Shown here: positions 45,001 to 54,268 of the stretch, in pieces
How the letters are laid out: the number at the start of each line of letters is the position of its first letter
Numbering within the stretch: the stretch's first letter is position 1
Source: Nemertoderma westbladi
Lineage: Eukaryota; Animalia; Xenacoelomorpha
Length of the DNA: 64,000 nt
Assembly: GCA_032718475.1 (NCBI GenBank)
Contig: JAUCBJ010003075.1
Coordinates: 1,656-65,655, forward strand
Reading direction: 5' to 3'
Notes under the pieces: generated by a model
The model's input: the letters and a program-made list of their open reading frames with translations, nothing else
The model's database searches: none
What the model was told of the DNA's origin: nothing
Program-made: the position numbers and the translations under genes

Positions 45001-45297
45001 TGTAACTGGAGACGGAACAGTGTCGCTTACCTGTGTTGTAACTGGAGACGGAACAGTGTCGCTTACCTGTGTTGTAACTGGAGACGGAACAGTGTCGCTT
45101 ACCTGTGTTGTAACTGGAGACGGAACAGTGTCGCTTACCTGTGTTGTAACTATGGAGACGGAACAGTGTCGCTTACCTGTGTTGTAACTGATACGGAACA
45201 GTGTCGCTTACCTGTGTTGTAACTGGTTACGGAACAGTGTCGCTTACCTATGTTGTAACTGGAGACGGAACTGTGTCGCTTATCTGTGTTGTAACTG
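1..45297. repeat. ~36-bp tandem satellite, main block (about 1,270 units, continues off the left edge); intronic in the EDEM3-like gene
   Basis: Head-to-tail consensus GGAGACGGAACAGTGTCGCTTACCTGTGTTGTAACT with no spacers. Recurrent 35-38 bp variants occur at the GGAGAC position (GATAC, GGTTAC, GGATAC, GGTTTC, GGTTTAC, ATGGAGAC) and at TGT/TAC. Copy number is estimated as length divided by ~35.7. Confidence 0.99.
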
Positions 45298-45575
45298 CAC
45301 TGAAAAAAGTAAGTGCCGGTCGATTTTTTAACCATTGGTTATGGATAGGTACTTGCGGTAGTGATTGGTAAACCGGGGGTTAGTATGGATCATACAAAAA
45401 TGGCTGGTAGTAACCTCCGGTTGCGATATTAAACCGGCGGTTTAAGATGTATTGGTTATATTACCTGAAACGAAACCTGTAGTCAGTGCGGAATTTTGCA
45501 TAGAAAGTGACGGTTGTATTAAAAAGGTGGTTATTAAATTTTCAAACTGGCGGTTCTTATTGATGAAAACATGTA

Positions 45576-46300
45576 ATTTTCAAACCGGCGGTTTTTATGA
45601 AATGTAAAAATGGTGGTTTTATTTTTAAACTGTTGGTTCTTGTTAATTAAACGCTTATAGTTTTCAAACCGGCGGTTTTTATGAAATGTAAAAATGGTGG
45701 TCTTATATTCAAACTGTCGGTTCTTGTTAATAAACACGTATGTAGTTTTCAAACCGGCGGTTTTTATGAAATGTAAAAATGGTGGTCTTATATTCAAACT
45801 GTCGGTTCTTGTTAACAAACACGTATGTAGTTTTCAAACCGGCGGTTTTTATGAAATGTAAAAATGGTGGTCTTATATTCAAACTGTCGGTTCTTGTTAA
45901 CAAACACGTATGTAGTTTTCAAACCGGCGGTTTTTATGAAATGTAAAAATGGTGGTCTTATATTCAAACTGTCGGTTCTTGTTAATAAACACGTATGTAG
46001 TTTTCAAACCGGCGGTTTTTATGAAATGTAAAAATGGTGGTCTTATATTCAAACTGTCGGTTCTTGTTAACAAACACGTATGTAGTTTTCAAACCGGCGG
46101 TTTTTATGAAATGTAAAAATGGTGGTCTTATATTCAAACTGTCGGTTCTTGTTAATAAACACGTATGTAGTTTTCAAACCGGCGGTTTTTATGAAATGTA
46201 AAAATGGTGGTCTTATATTCAAACTGTCGGTTCTTGTTAACAAACACGTATGTAGTTTTCAAACCGGCGGTTTGTATGAAATGTAAAAATGGCGGTTGTA
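45576..46300. repeat. 85-bp tandem repeat (~8.5 copies) inside the CMC element
   Basis: TTTTCAAACCGGCGG recurs at 45661, 45746, 45831, 45916, 46001, 46086, 46171 and 46256. Confidence 0.95.
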
Positions 46301-46408
46301 TTTTGACAATTGCCGGTTTTTACTATACATACAAAGACCCTAAGTTGTGTAATTCAACTGGTAATGCCGTTATTTCTGTATTACAGAGGCGTGATATGAT
46401 ATAACTAA

Positions 46409-46995
46409 TTTACAATAATGACTGCCAGTTTATCACAGAACCACAGATTTACAATAATGACTGCCAGTTTATCACAGAACCACAGATTTACAATAATGAC
46501 TGCCAGTTTATCACAGAACCACAGATTTACAATAAAGACTGCCAGTTTATCACAGAACCGCAGATTTACAATAATGACTGCCAGTTTATCACAGAACCAC
46601 AGATTTACAATAATGACTGCCAGTTTATCACAGAACCACAGATTTACAATAATGACTGCCAGTTTATCACAGAACCACAGATTTACAATAATGACTGCCA
46701 GTTTATCACAGAACCACAGATTTACAATAATGCTGCCAGTTTATCACAGAACCACAGATTTACAATAATGACTGCCAGTTTATCACAGAACCACAGATTT
46801 ACAATAATGCTGCCAGTTTATCACAGAACCACAGATTTACAATAATGACTGCCAGTTTATCACAGAACCACAGATTTACAATAATGACTGCCAGTTTATC
46901 ACAGAACCACAGATATAGAACCGCAGATTTGCAATAATAACTGCCAGTTTATCACAGAACCACACACAGATTTACAAACTAATAACTGCCAGTTT
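46409..46995. repeat. 39-bp tandem repeat (~15 copies) inside the CMC element
   Basis: Unit TTTACAATAATGACTGCCAGTTTATCACAGAACCACAGA. It explains the 13-aa periodic ORF at 46418-46768. Confidence 0.95.
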
Positions 46996-47118
46996 GTATA
47001 TGTAAATATAAAAAGTAAATATATATAATCAAAACATAATTTTAAATTATTAATTAAACTTGGTTAAAATTAATTAATTTATATAAATTAATTGAAATGA
47101 ATTATCTAATATGGCTGA

Positions 47119-47364
47119 TGTAACCCTCATTATCATTCCTAATTATATTTCATATTGATTACACCATTCACACAGGCAGTTTGACCTTTGACATCCTACC
47201 GTACTGGCATGCTATTATATATATGTAATGTAGGCCTATATAAATCAATTAATTCATTATGTGTGTGTCGGTAATCAGTAATATACGTATGCCTAATATT
47301 GGACAATAAAATTAGAATAAAGAATTTCTGTGTACCGGTAACAAACTGTTTCCTCGCGCCCACA
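47119..47364 (+). repeat. 5' LTR (246 bp)
   Basis: TGTAACCCTC…CGCGCCCACA. Contains TATATAAA at 47237-47244 and AATAAA at 47305 and 47316. Identical by eye to the 3' LTR. Confidence 0.97.
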
Positions 47365-47366
47365 TT

Positions 47367-47380
47367 TGGTGACCCGGACG
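47367..47380 (+). promoter_or_regulatory. Primer-binding site, tRNA-Trp-like
   Basis: TGGTGACCCGGACG begins 2 nt after the 5' LTR. It differs at one base from the standard eukaryotic Trp PBS TGGTGACCCCGACG. Confidence 0.8.
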
Positions 47381-47433
47381 ATCCTTATTCAGCAAATACC
47401 GGTAATTCCGAACCATACTCCACAATTTACAAG

Positions 47434-50400
47434 ATGCCGAATCTTAACACATTCCGGAAAGCCGAACTGCTTGAAACATTGAAGCGGCTGAATAGCCACG
47501 ATGACACGTACATCGCGCCGCAACTCAAATCAGAGATTATCGACGCTCTAATGAAAGAGAACCCTTCAGCAGTCGAGTTTCTGCTGAAAGCGGGCGCAAC
47601 TGAAGCTGCTACGGGTAGCAGTTCATTCGATGCGCCTTCACATAATACTCCATATCAGAAACTACGATTGCCGGAATTTTATGCGAAAGATGTTCGGGTG
47701 TGGTTCGCGCAGGCAGAGGCGGTTCTGCTCGGACAAAGTGCGGTATCGATGAAAGCGAATATCCTGGCGGCCATTCCAACTGAGTCTATCCTCGAGGCAG
47801 GGGTAGATTTAGACGAAAGTTACGTTATCATTAAACATAACATTATAGTCCACTTAGCCGATAGTGACGAACGACGTTTCCGCAAACTCTTGGTCTCTCA
47901 TGAGCTGGGAGATAGAAAACCGTCGGCGGCATTAAGACAGATGCAACGTTTAGCACCGGGTGCTTCCAACGATAAACTCATTCGCATACGATTCCTTGAG
48001 ATTCTACCAGAGACAGTCTCAATCGTCCTCTCCACTCTTGGGGAGCTGCCACTCGACAAGTTGGCTGAAGTTGCCGACAAGATGGTGGAGCAGCAGCAGG
48101 ACCAGTCTGCCAGCCACGGTTTATCTGCTGCAGCTGCTCCCATCTCTCACATCGCGAACATCTCCCAATTACAGGAATCCAACCTCGCTCTCCTGAACAC
48201 TCAGAAACAGTTAGCCGATCAGATTGCTCAGATAACCACGGAGTTGCGTTCTCTGTCTGACAATCGCGGCCGCTACCAGGGCCGCGGCCGCTACCAGGGC
48301 CGATCTGAATCTCGCGGCCGCAGCGGTTCCTCCCACCGACGTTCATCCGACTACAACCCGGATGGCTCACTCTGTTACTACCACTATCGCTTTGGTCGGG
48401 AATCCCGCAAGTGTAAACCGCCCTGCTCCTGGAGGCAGCCAACCCCCAGCGACGGCAGTGCCCCGGCTCCAGAGCGGAGCAATCATCCCCACTATACTAG
48501 TAGCTCTAGGAATCGCAGTGCACTTAATGCTGTATATGTATCATCAGATACTGTAGGTACGTTCCTTGTTGATTCAGGAAGTGACTTCTCAATTTTACCA
48601 CAATCTTATATTAGTCTGTTGAACAAGTTCAAACCCAAAACATCACATACTTTGACAGCTGCAAATCAGTCCAATATTAATATTTTTGGTGAAGGTGAGC
48701 TTGAATTTTCGGTTTCTGAGTTAGACGACCATACATTTAAGTGGACATTTATTGTAGCCGATGTTATCCAACCCATTCTCGGATTAGATTTTTTGAAATA
48801 TTTTCATGTGAACATAGATTGTGCACAATGTACAGTGTATTTTAATCAATTTGAACCTACATTTAGTGAATCACGGAAATCAGGTGCGCCTAGTAATAAC
48901 GGCAACACGAATAGTGTATTTTCAAGTAAAACTAGATTTTCTAGCTCAAATAACGGTACCGGTACATTATCTAGTAATATGGAACTATTTTTATTGTGGT
49001 TTAAGTATATCATATTTCCCATTATGTGGCTATGTTCGTCCAAGTCCATATGGTCTAACTTAGTCTTTAGTGCAGGTATTTTATTTTGTTTATTAAGTGT
49101 TATCGCAGTACCGTGGATGTGTGGTGTATATGATGCCAGTTCGCATTCCAATGTGTTTTTAATTACATCACATAGCGTTGAAAGTATCACATCTGATATT
49201 AATCCACAATTAAGCAAAATTTTGAACAAGTATGGCGACGTTTTCAAACCCAAATTAGCTACTGAATTTGTGAATCACTCTGTCGAACACCATATAGTAA
49301 CGGAAGGACAACCTTGTTTCGCAAAACCACGCCGTTTATACGGAGACCGTTTATCAGCGGCTTCTAACGAATTTGACAATTTATTACGACAGGGTATTGT
49401 TAAACGTAGTGAGTCCCCATGGGCTACACCATTACATTGTGTAAAGAAACCAGATGGCAGTATCCGACCTTGTGGTGACTATAGAAAATTGAACAGTATG
49501 ACGGTACGCGATAATTATCCAATGCCAAACATTGCGGATATAACTGATAAATTTAGAGGGTGCAAGATTTTCAGTAAAATAGATCTCGAAAAGGCCTATT
49601 ATCAGGTTCCAATGGCTAAAAACGATATCTTAAAAACGGCAATTACAACCCCATTTGGACTTTTTCTTTTCACACGTATGCCTTTTGGTCTGCGTAATGC
49701 CAGTCAAACCTTTCAAAGGTTGATTGACACTACACTGTACGACATCAATTGTGCAGTTGGATACATAGATGATATATTGGTTGCAAGTCCTAGCATAGAG
49801 CAGCACCATAAAGACATTCAACTCGTTCTAGAACGTTTACGAAAATTTAGTCTAACAGCTAAACGCTCGAAATGCGAATTTTTTAAACGTGAAGTAAATT
49901 TTCTTGGTTTCACTATTTCGGGTACAGGTGTAAAACCAATCAAATCAAAGATAGTTGCCATGGAAAATTTTCCAGAGCCCAAAAATCGATCATCATTGCG
50001 TCGGTTCCTCGGAATGGCAGGTTACTATCATAGATTTGTGCCGAATTTTTCTGACGTTGCAGCGCCTCTAACTGATCTAAATAAAAATAAGTTTGACATC
50101 CCCGAAAATTTCGAAATGTCAGCTGAAGCAAAACAGGCTTTTTCAAAATTAAAGAAGAGTCTTCAAAATGCTGTAACTTTATCATTTCCAAAGCCTGACG
50201 CTCCTGTAACCTTGACAACAGACGCGTCAGACCAGGCGGTTGGTGCCGTCATCCACCAAGTTGTAAATAACGTATCTGAACCGATCAGTTTCTTTTCAAA
50301 AAAATTGTCTGAAACTGAACAGAGAAAGTCAGCTTTCGACAAAGAGCTGTTAGCGATTTATCTTGCTCTCAAACATAACGATTGGCTTTTAGGTCAGCAC

Positions 50401-51813
50401 ATTACAATTTTTACAGACCATAAGCCACTTGTAAATTGTTTAGGGATGAAAAATCCCACACCCCAACAAACCCGTTGGCTCTCATACATTTCTGAGTACA
50501 ACTGTCAAATTAAATATATAGCGGGAGCCGAAAATATTGTAGCTGATTCTTTATCACGCCCCCTAGCGGCCATATTTTTTGATACAAATGATAATTCGAA
50601 ACTAGCCACTGCTCAAAAGCAAGATAAATCGCTACAAAGTTTCTTTCAGTCAACTACTTTACCTTTACAATACGCACATTTAGAAGATGGTAATATCCTA
50701 GTGTGCGACAAATCAAAAGGCCATAATCGACCATACTTACCTTCAATTTTGCGACATCATATTTTTGATAAATTTCATGAACTTTCTCATGCTGGACCAG
50801 ATGGTACTTTCAATTTAATAAGTAACCGCTATATCTGGCCTGGAATGCGACGTGAAATTAAAATGTGGGCGAAAGCTTGCCAAAAGTGCCAACAGTCAAA
50901 AATTTCAACGCATACGAAAACTGCTGTAGAAACGATCCCGACTAACAGTCGCTTTGAAACTGTACATATAGATTTAGTAGGTCCTCTACCGGTGTCCAAA
51001 GGACACAAGTATTTACTCACTATCATTGATAGGTTTACTAGGTGGCCTGAAGTAGTCCCCCTAAAAGATATTACGACAGAAACAGTTGCCCAAGCTTTCC
51101 TTTTCAATTGGGTAAGCCGGTTCGGTGTGCCACGTACTGTCATTACGGATCGCGGCGCACAATTTGAGTCAGCAGTTTGGAGCTCTCTAATGAAGTCCCT
51201 TGGCACAAAACGGCGTCGTACAACTGCTTATCACCCGTCCTGTAACGGGACTATAGAACGTTTTCACCGTCAGTTAAAAAATTCCCTTCGATCAAAATGT
51301 AATTCAACCTATTGGTTTGATGAACTACCATTGGTTTTGTTGGGTTTGCGCTCTAATATCGGAGTGCACAAGTTTTCGCCTGCACAACTGGTATATGGCG
51401 CAGAGCTTCAATTACCAGGTCAATTTTTCGAATTTTCGGACAAGTCTGATAAGTTCGATAATTTTAACTGGCATAATTTCACATCTCGGCTCTTCGAGAA
51501 AGTTGATAATTTTCAGAGTCCAGTTAGAAAATATAAATCAAAAGCATCAATCCCCAAAGAATTGTCTGAAGCAACTCATGTCTGGGTAAAAGAACCTAAG
51601 AAAACTGGATCATTGAAACCGCTTTATGCGGGACCGTATAGAGTAGTTTCGCGAAATAGTAAAACTATCGACATAGAACGCCATTCAAAAATTGAAAAGT
51701 TGACGCTCGACAGAGTGAAACCAGTTGTTTCTGAATGTGTGAACTACACTAAACCGAAAACTAAAAAGTGTGTAACATTTTCATTAATTGAAACTATCCA
51801 CATTTCTGATTGA
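47434..51813 (+). CDS. Gag-Pol polyprotein (Gag, aspartic protease, RT, RNase H, integrase) in one frame
   Basis: First ATG after the PBS is at 47434; the ORF-track start at 47299 lies inside the LTR. Motifs: Gag LPEF…WFAQAE, LGDRKPS and CYYHYRFG…C…PC; protease FLVDSGS…ILGLDFL; RT PWATP, DYRKLN, RMPFGLRNA, YIDD; RNase H TDASD…DSLSR; integrase H…H…CQKC, DLVG, TDRG, ERFH and GPY. Confidence 0.97.
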   Translation: MPNLNTFRKAELLETLKRLNSHDDTYIAPQLKSEIIDALMKENPSAVEFLLKAGATEAATGSSSFDAPSHNTPYQKLRLPEFYAKDVRVWFAQAEAVLLGQSAVSMKANILAAIPTESILEAGVDLDESYVIIKHNIIVHLADSDERRFRKLLVSHELGDRKPSAALRQMQRLAPGASNDKLIRIRFLEILPETVSIVLSTLGELPLDKLAEVADKMVEQQQDQSASHGLSAAAAPISHIANISQLQESNLALLNTQKQLADQIAQITTELRSLSDNRGRYQGRGRYQGRSESRGRSGSSHRRSSDYNPDGSLCYYHYRFGRESRKCKPPCSWRQPTPSDGSAPAPERSNHPHYTSSSRNRSALNAVYVSSDTVGTFLVDSGSDFSILPQSYISLLNKFKPKTSHTLTAANQSNINIFGEGELEFSVSELDDHTFKWTFIVADVIQPILGLDFLKYFHVNIDCAQCTVYFNQFEPTFSESRKSGAPSNNGNTNSVFSSKTRFSSSNNGTGTLSSNMELFLLWFKYIIFPIMWLCSSKSIWSNLVFSAGILFCLLSVIAVPWMCGVYDASSHSNVFLITSHSVESITSDINPQLSKILNKYGDVFKPKLATEFVNHSVEHHIVTEGQPCFAKPRRLYGDRLSAASNEFDNLLRQGIVKRSESPWATPLHCVKKPDGSIRPCGDYRKLNSMTVRDNYPMPNIADITDKFRGCKIFSKIDLEKAYYQVPMAKNDILKTAITTPFGLFLFTRMPFGLRNASQTFQRLIDTTLYDINCAVGYIDDILVASPSIEQHHKDIQLVLERLRKFSLTAKRSKCEFFKREVNFLGFTISGTGVKPIKSKIVAMENFPEPKNRSSLRRFLGMAGYYHRFVPNFSDVAAPLTDLNKNKFDIPENFEMSAEAKQAFSKLKKSLQNAVTLSFPKPDAPVTLTTDASDQAVGAVIHQVVNNVSEPISFFSKKLSETEQRKSAFDKELLAIYLALKHNDWLLGQHITIFTDHKPLVNCLGMKNPTPQQTRWLSYISEYNCQIKYIAGAENIVADSLSRPLAAIFFDTNDNSKLATAQKQDKSLQSFFQSTTLPLQYAHLEDGNILVCDKSKGHNRPYLPSILRHHIFDKFHELSHAGPDGTFNLISNRYIWPGMRREIKMWAKACQKCQQSKISTHTKTAVETIPTNSRFETVHIDLVGPLPVSKGHKYLLTIIDRFTRWPEVVPLKDITTETVAQAFLFNWVSRFGVPRTVITDRGAQFESAVWSSLMKSLGTKRRRTTAYHPSCNGTIERFHRQLKNSLRSKCNSTYWFDELPLVLLGLRSNIGVHKFSPAQLVYGAELQLPGQFFEFSDKSDKFDNFNWHNFTSRLFEKVDNFQSPVRKYKSKASIPKELSEATHVWVKEPKKTGSLKPLYAGPYRVVSRNSKTIDIERHSKIEKLTLDRVKPVVSECVNYTKPKTKKCVTFSLIETIHISD

Positions 51814-52137
51814 ACTAAAACCATTAAGATCCAATCATTAAATCCAACGGTATTGCGTTTAACATATGCTTACCTATTTTGTTGTAGTCGTGCTGTTTTT
51901 GTCTATTCCGGATAGGTGCGTATCACCGCGGAATTAATTTTCTGTATAAAATGTATTAATTTGTGGTAATAATTAAATATTTAAATAATATGAACGTGTT
52001 GCCATTTTTTTTTCTCAAACATATCTAGGCGATTTCCGTTAGTTTTTTTTTTTTCATATACCTTTAATTAGTTTCTTAATTAAAGCCTACAATATGATTA
52101 GTTTCTTGATTAATGTTAACCATAGTGCTCCGCACTT

Positions 52138-52151
52138 AACGAAGGGAGCCA
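52138..52151 (+). promoter_or_regulatory. Polypurine tract
   Basis: AACGAAGGGAGCCA lies immediately 5' of the 3' LTR. Confidence 0.7.
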
Positions 52152-52397
52152 TGTAACCCTCATTATCATTCCTAATTATATTTCATATTGATTACACCAT
52201 TCACACAGGCAGTTTGACCTTTGACATCCTACCGTACTGGCATGCTATTATATATATGTAATGTAGGCCTATATAAATCAATTAATTCATTATGTGTGTG
52301 TCGGTAATCAGTAATATACGTATGCCTAATATTGGACAATAAAATTAGAATAAAGAATTTCTGTGTACCGGTAACAAACTGTTTCCTCGCGCCCACA
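52152..52397 (+). repeat. 3' LTR (246 bp)
   Basis: Direct repeat of 47119-47364, followed by the TSD GCTGA. Confidence 0.97.
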
Positions 52398-53313
52398 GCT
52401 GAAAAGAAGACAAATGATATTAAAATTAATAATCAAAACACTATTTGTAGATCATCAACTAAAATTAATTAGGATATCCATAAATCTAAATGAATTTAAT
52501 ATTTTCCTATATACTTAGCCGTGTGTGTATTCAATATGTATGTAGAGTATTGTATGCATTGGCCATAGGCCGTAAGCGTAGGGTAGGGTGTAGGGATTAG
52601 ATAAGGTAGGCTTTCACCCCCCTCCCCCCATATCTCCATGTTGTAACATTGAGCTTCATGTGTGCCCTGAATGTCCTGTGCTCCTAACCAAACATTATTT
52701 TCAGATAACCACAGGTTTATAAGTTTTTTTTGCTCTTTATAACCACAGGTTAGTACGTTTTAACTCTGGGTTTTTCTTTTATAACCATAGGTTATAGTTA
52801 TAAATAAATTAAAGCCTCAGTTTATTAAAATTACCGCCAGTTTTCTCAAATAAAACCGCCAGTTGACTGTCAATTAAACGACGGTTTCTTAAAAACTGGT
52901 TTATTTGGTTGCCGTTTTACCTGTGGTTTTTTGAGAAAACCGGCAGTTTTAAATAGTTGAAACGCCAGTTACCAGCAGCAAACCATAGGTTAATAAATGC
53001 CGATTAAGTATTTGACCGGGAATTTGCGTTAAACCAGAACCTGAGGTTACAGAAACCGGCAGTTCCTTGCGATATAAAATACCAGAGGTTTTACAACGCA
53101 TTTTTAGGTTCTAAACAACTGGGGGTTATGGAACCGCCGGTTTTACGAGAGATAATCAACCCCCGGTTTGCACAACTGCCAGTTCTTGGCAATGTTTATT
53201 TACCGCCGGTTTGTAAAAACAACCTGCGGTGGTTTTCGTTGCAAAACAACCCCAGGTAGTTCTTGCAAACCGGCAGTTTTTTAACAAAATACCACCACTT
53301 ACTTTTTTCAGTG

Positions 53314-54268
53314 TGGAGACGGAACAGTGTCGCTTACCTGTGTTGTAACTGGAGACGGAACAGTGTCGCTTACCTGTGTTGTAACTGGAGACGGAACAGT
53401 GTCGCTTACCTGTGTTGTAACTATGGAGACGGAACAGTGTCGCTTACCTGTGTTGTAACTGATACGGAACAGTGTCGCTTACCTGTGTTGTAACTGGTTA
53501 CGGAACAGTGTCGCTTACCTATGTTGTAACTGGAGACGGAACAGTGTCGCTTACCTGTGTTGTAACTGGAGACGGAACAGTGTCGCTTACCTGTGTTGTA
53601 ACTGGTTACGGAACAGTGTCGCTTACCTATGTTGTAACTGGAGACGGAACAGTGTCGCTTACCTGTGTTGTAACTGGTTACGGAACAGTGTCGCTTACCT
53701 ATGTTGTAACTGGAGACGGAACAGTGTCGCTTACCTGTGTTGTAACTGGAGACGGAACAGTGTCGCTTACCTGTGTTGTAACTGGAGACGGAACAGTGTC
53801 GCTTACCTGTGTTGTAACTGGAGACGGAACAGTGTCGCTTACCTGTGTTGTAACTGGAGACGGAACAGTGTCGCTTACCTGTGTTGTAACTGATAAGGAA
53901 CAGTGTCGCTTACCTGTGTTGTAACTGGTTACGGAACAGTGTCGCTTACCTATGTTGTAACTGGAGACGGAACAGTGTCGCTTACCTGTGTTGTAACTGG
54001 AGACGGAACAGTGTCGCTTACCTGTGTTGTAACTGGAGACGGAACAGTGTCGCTTACCTGTGTTGTAACTATGGAGACGGAACAGTGTCGCTTACCTGTG
54101 TTGTAACTGATACGGAACAGTGTCGCTTACCTGTGTTGTAACTGGAGGCGGAACAGTGTCGCTTACCTGTGTTGTAACTGGAGACGGAACAGTGTCGCTT
54201 ACCTGTGTTGTAACTGGAGACGGAACAGTGTCGCTTACCTGTGTTGTAACTGGAGACGGAACAGTGTC
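53314..54268. repeat. ~36-bp satellite, exon-proximal block (~27 units); the last unit overlaps the EDEM3-like exon
   Basis: Same unit and phase as 1-45297, resuming exactly after the CMC TSD. It ends at …ACAGTGTC|ACCTAAATAC. Confidence 0.98.

Larger units (their letters stand above)
47119..52397 (+). mobile_element. Full-length Ty3/Gypsy LTR retrotransposon, CsRn1-like clade
   Basis: Two 246-bp TG…CA LTRs and a 5-bp TSD GCTGA (47114-47118 and 52398-52402). Has a tRNA-Trp-like PBS, a PPT and a single gag-PR-RT-RH-IN ORF. The Gag CHCC-type knuckle together with a Trp PBS is characteristic of the CsRn1 clade. Confidence 0.97.
45298..53313. mobile_element. Non-autonomous CACTG-terminus (CMC/EnSpm-like) DNA transposon, ~2.7 kb excluding the nested Gypsy element
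   Basis: Perfect 18-bp TIRs CACTGAAAAAAGTAAGTG (45298-45315) and CACTTACTTTTTTCAGTG (53296-53313). A 2-bp TG duplication (45296-45297 and 53314-53315) splits one satellite unit (GTAAC-TG-[element]-TG-GAGAC). Many AACCGGCRGTT-like subterminal motifs; no transposase ORF. Confidence 0.9.

Noticed and set aside
109-45187. Dozens of + strand ORFs encoding [12 protein letters not shown] repeats
   Set aside because: These are by-products of a 36-nt period. They begin at non-ATG codons, are broken by every 35/37/38-bp variant, and are antisense to the host gene.
1-45297. CRISPR array (36-bp period; can be phased to start GTTGTAAC, resembling class 2 repeats)
   Set aside because: Units abut directly with no unique spacers, there are no cas genes, and the context is a spliceosomal intron of a eukaryotic gene.
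1-45297. Telomeric or telomerase-made repeat
   Set aside because: No G-run telomere motif is present, and the array is continuous with, and apparently derived from, a coding exon end.
45534-46768. ORFs in the CMC element as a transposase
   Set aside because: They are translations of the 85-bp and 39-bp tandem repeats and contain no transposase motifs.
47299-47433. N-terminal 45 aa of the 1504-aa ORF
   Set aside because: It starts at a TTG inside the 5' LTR and runs through the PBS. The first ATG is at 47434.
47898-51589. Short overlapping or antisense ORFs within gag-pol
   Set aside because: These are shadow frames of a long coding sequence with no recognisable motifs.
51814-52140. Possible env or accessory ORF after pol
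   Set aside because: Only ~330 bp, AT-rich with T runs, and no ORF of meaningful length.
45298-53313. RT plus repeat arrays as a DGR-, retron- or CRISPR-RT-like system
   Set aside because: The RT belongs to a Gypsy element with its own LTRs and TSD. Its proximity to the arrays is explained by nested insertion, and I saw no sequence shared between it and the arrays.
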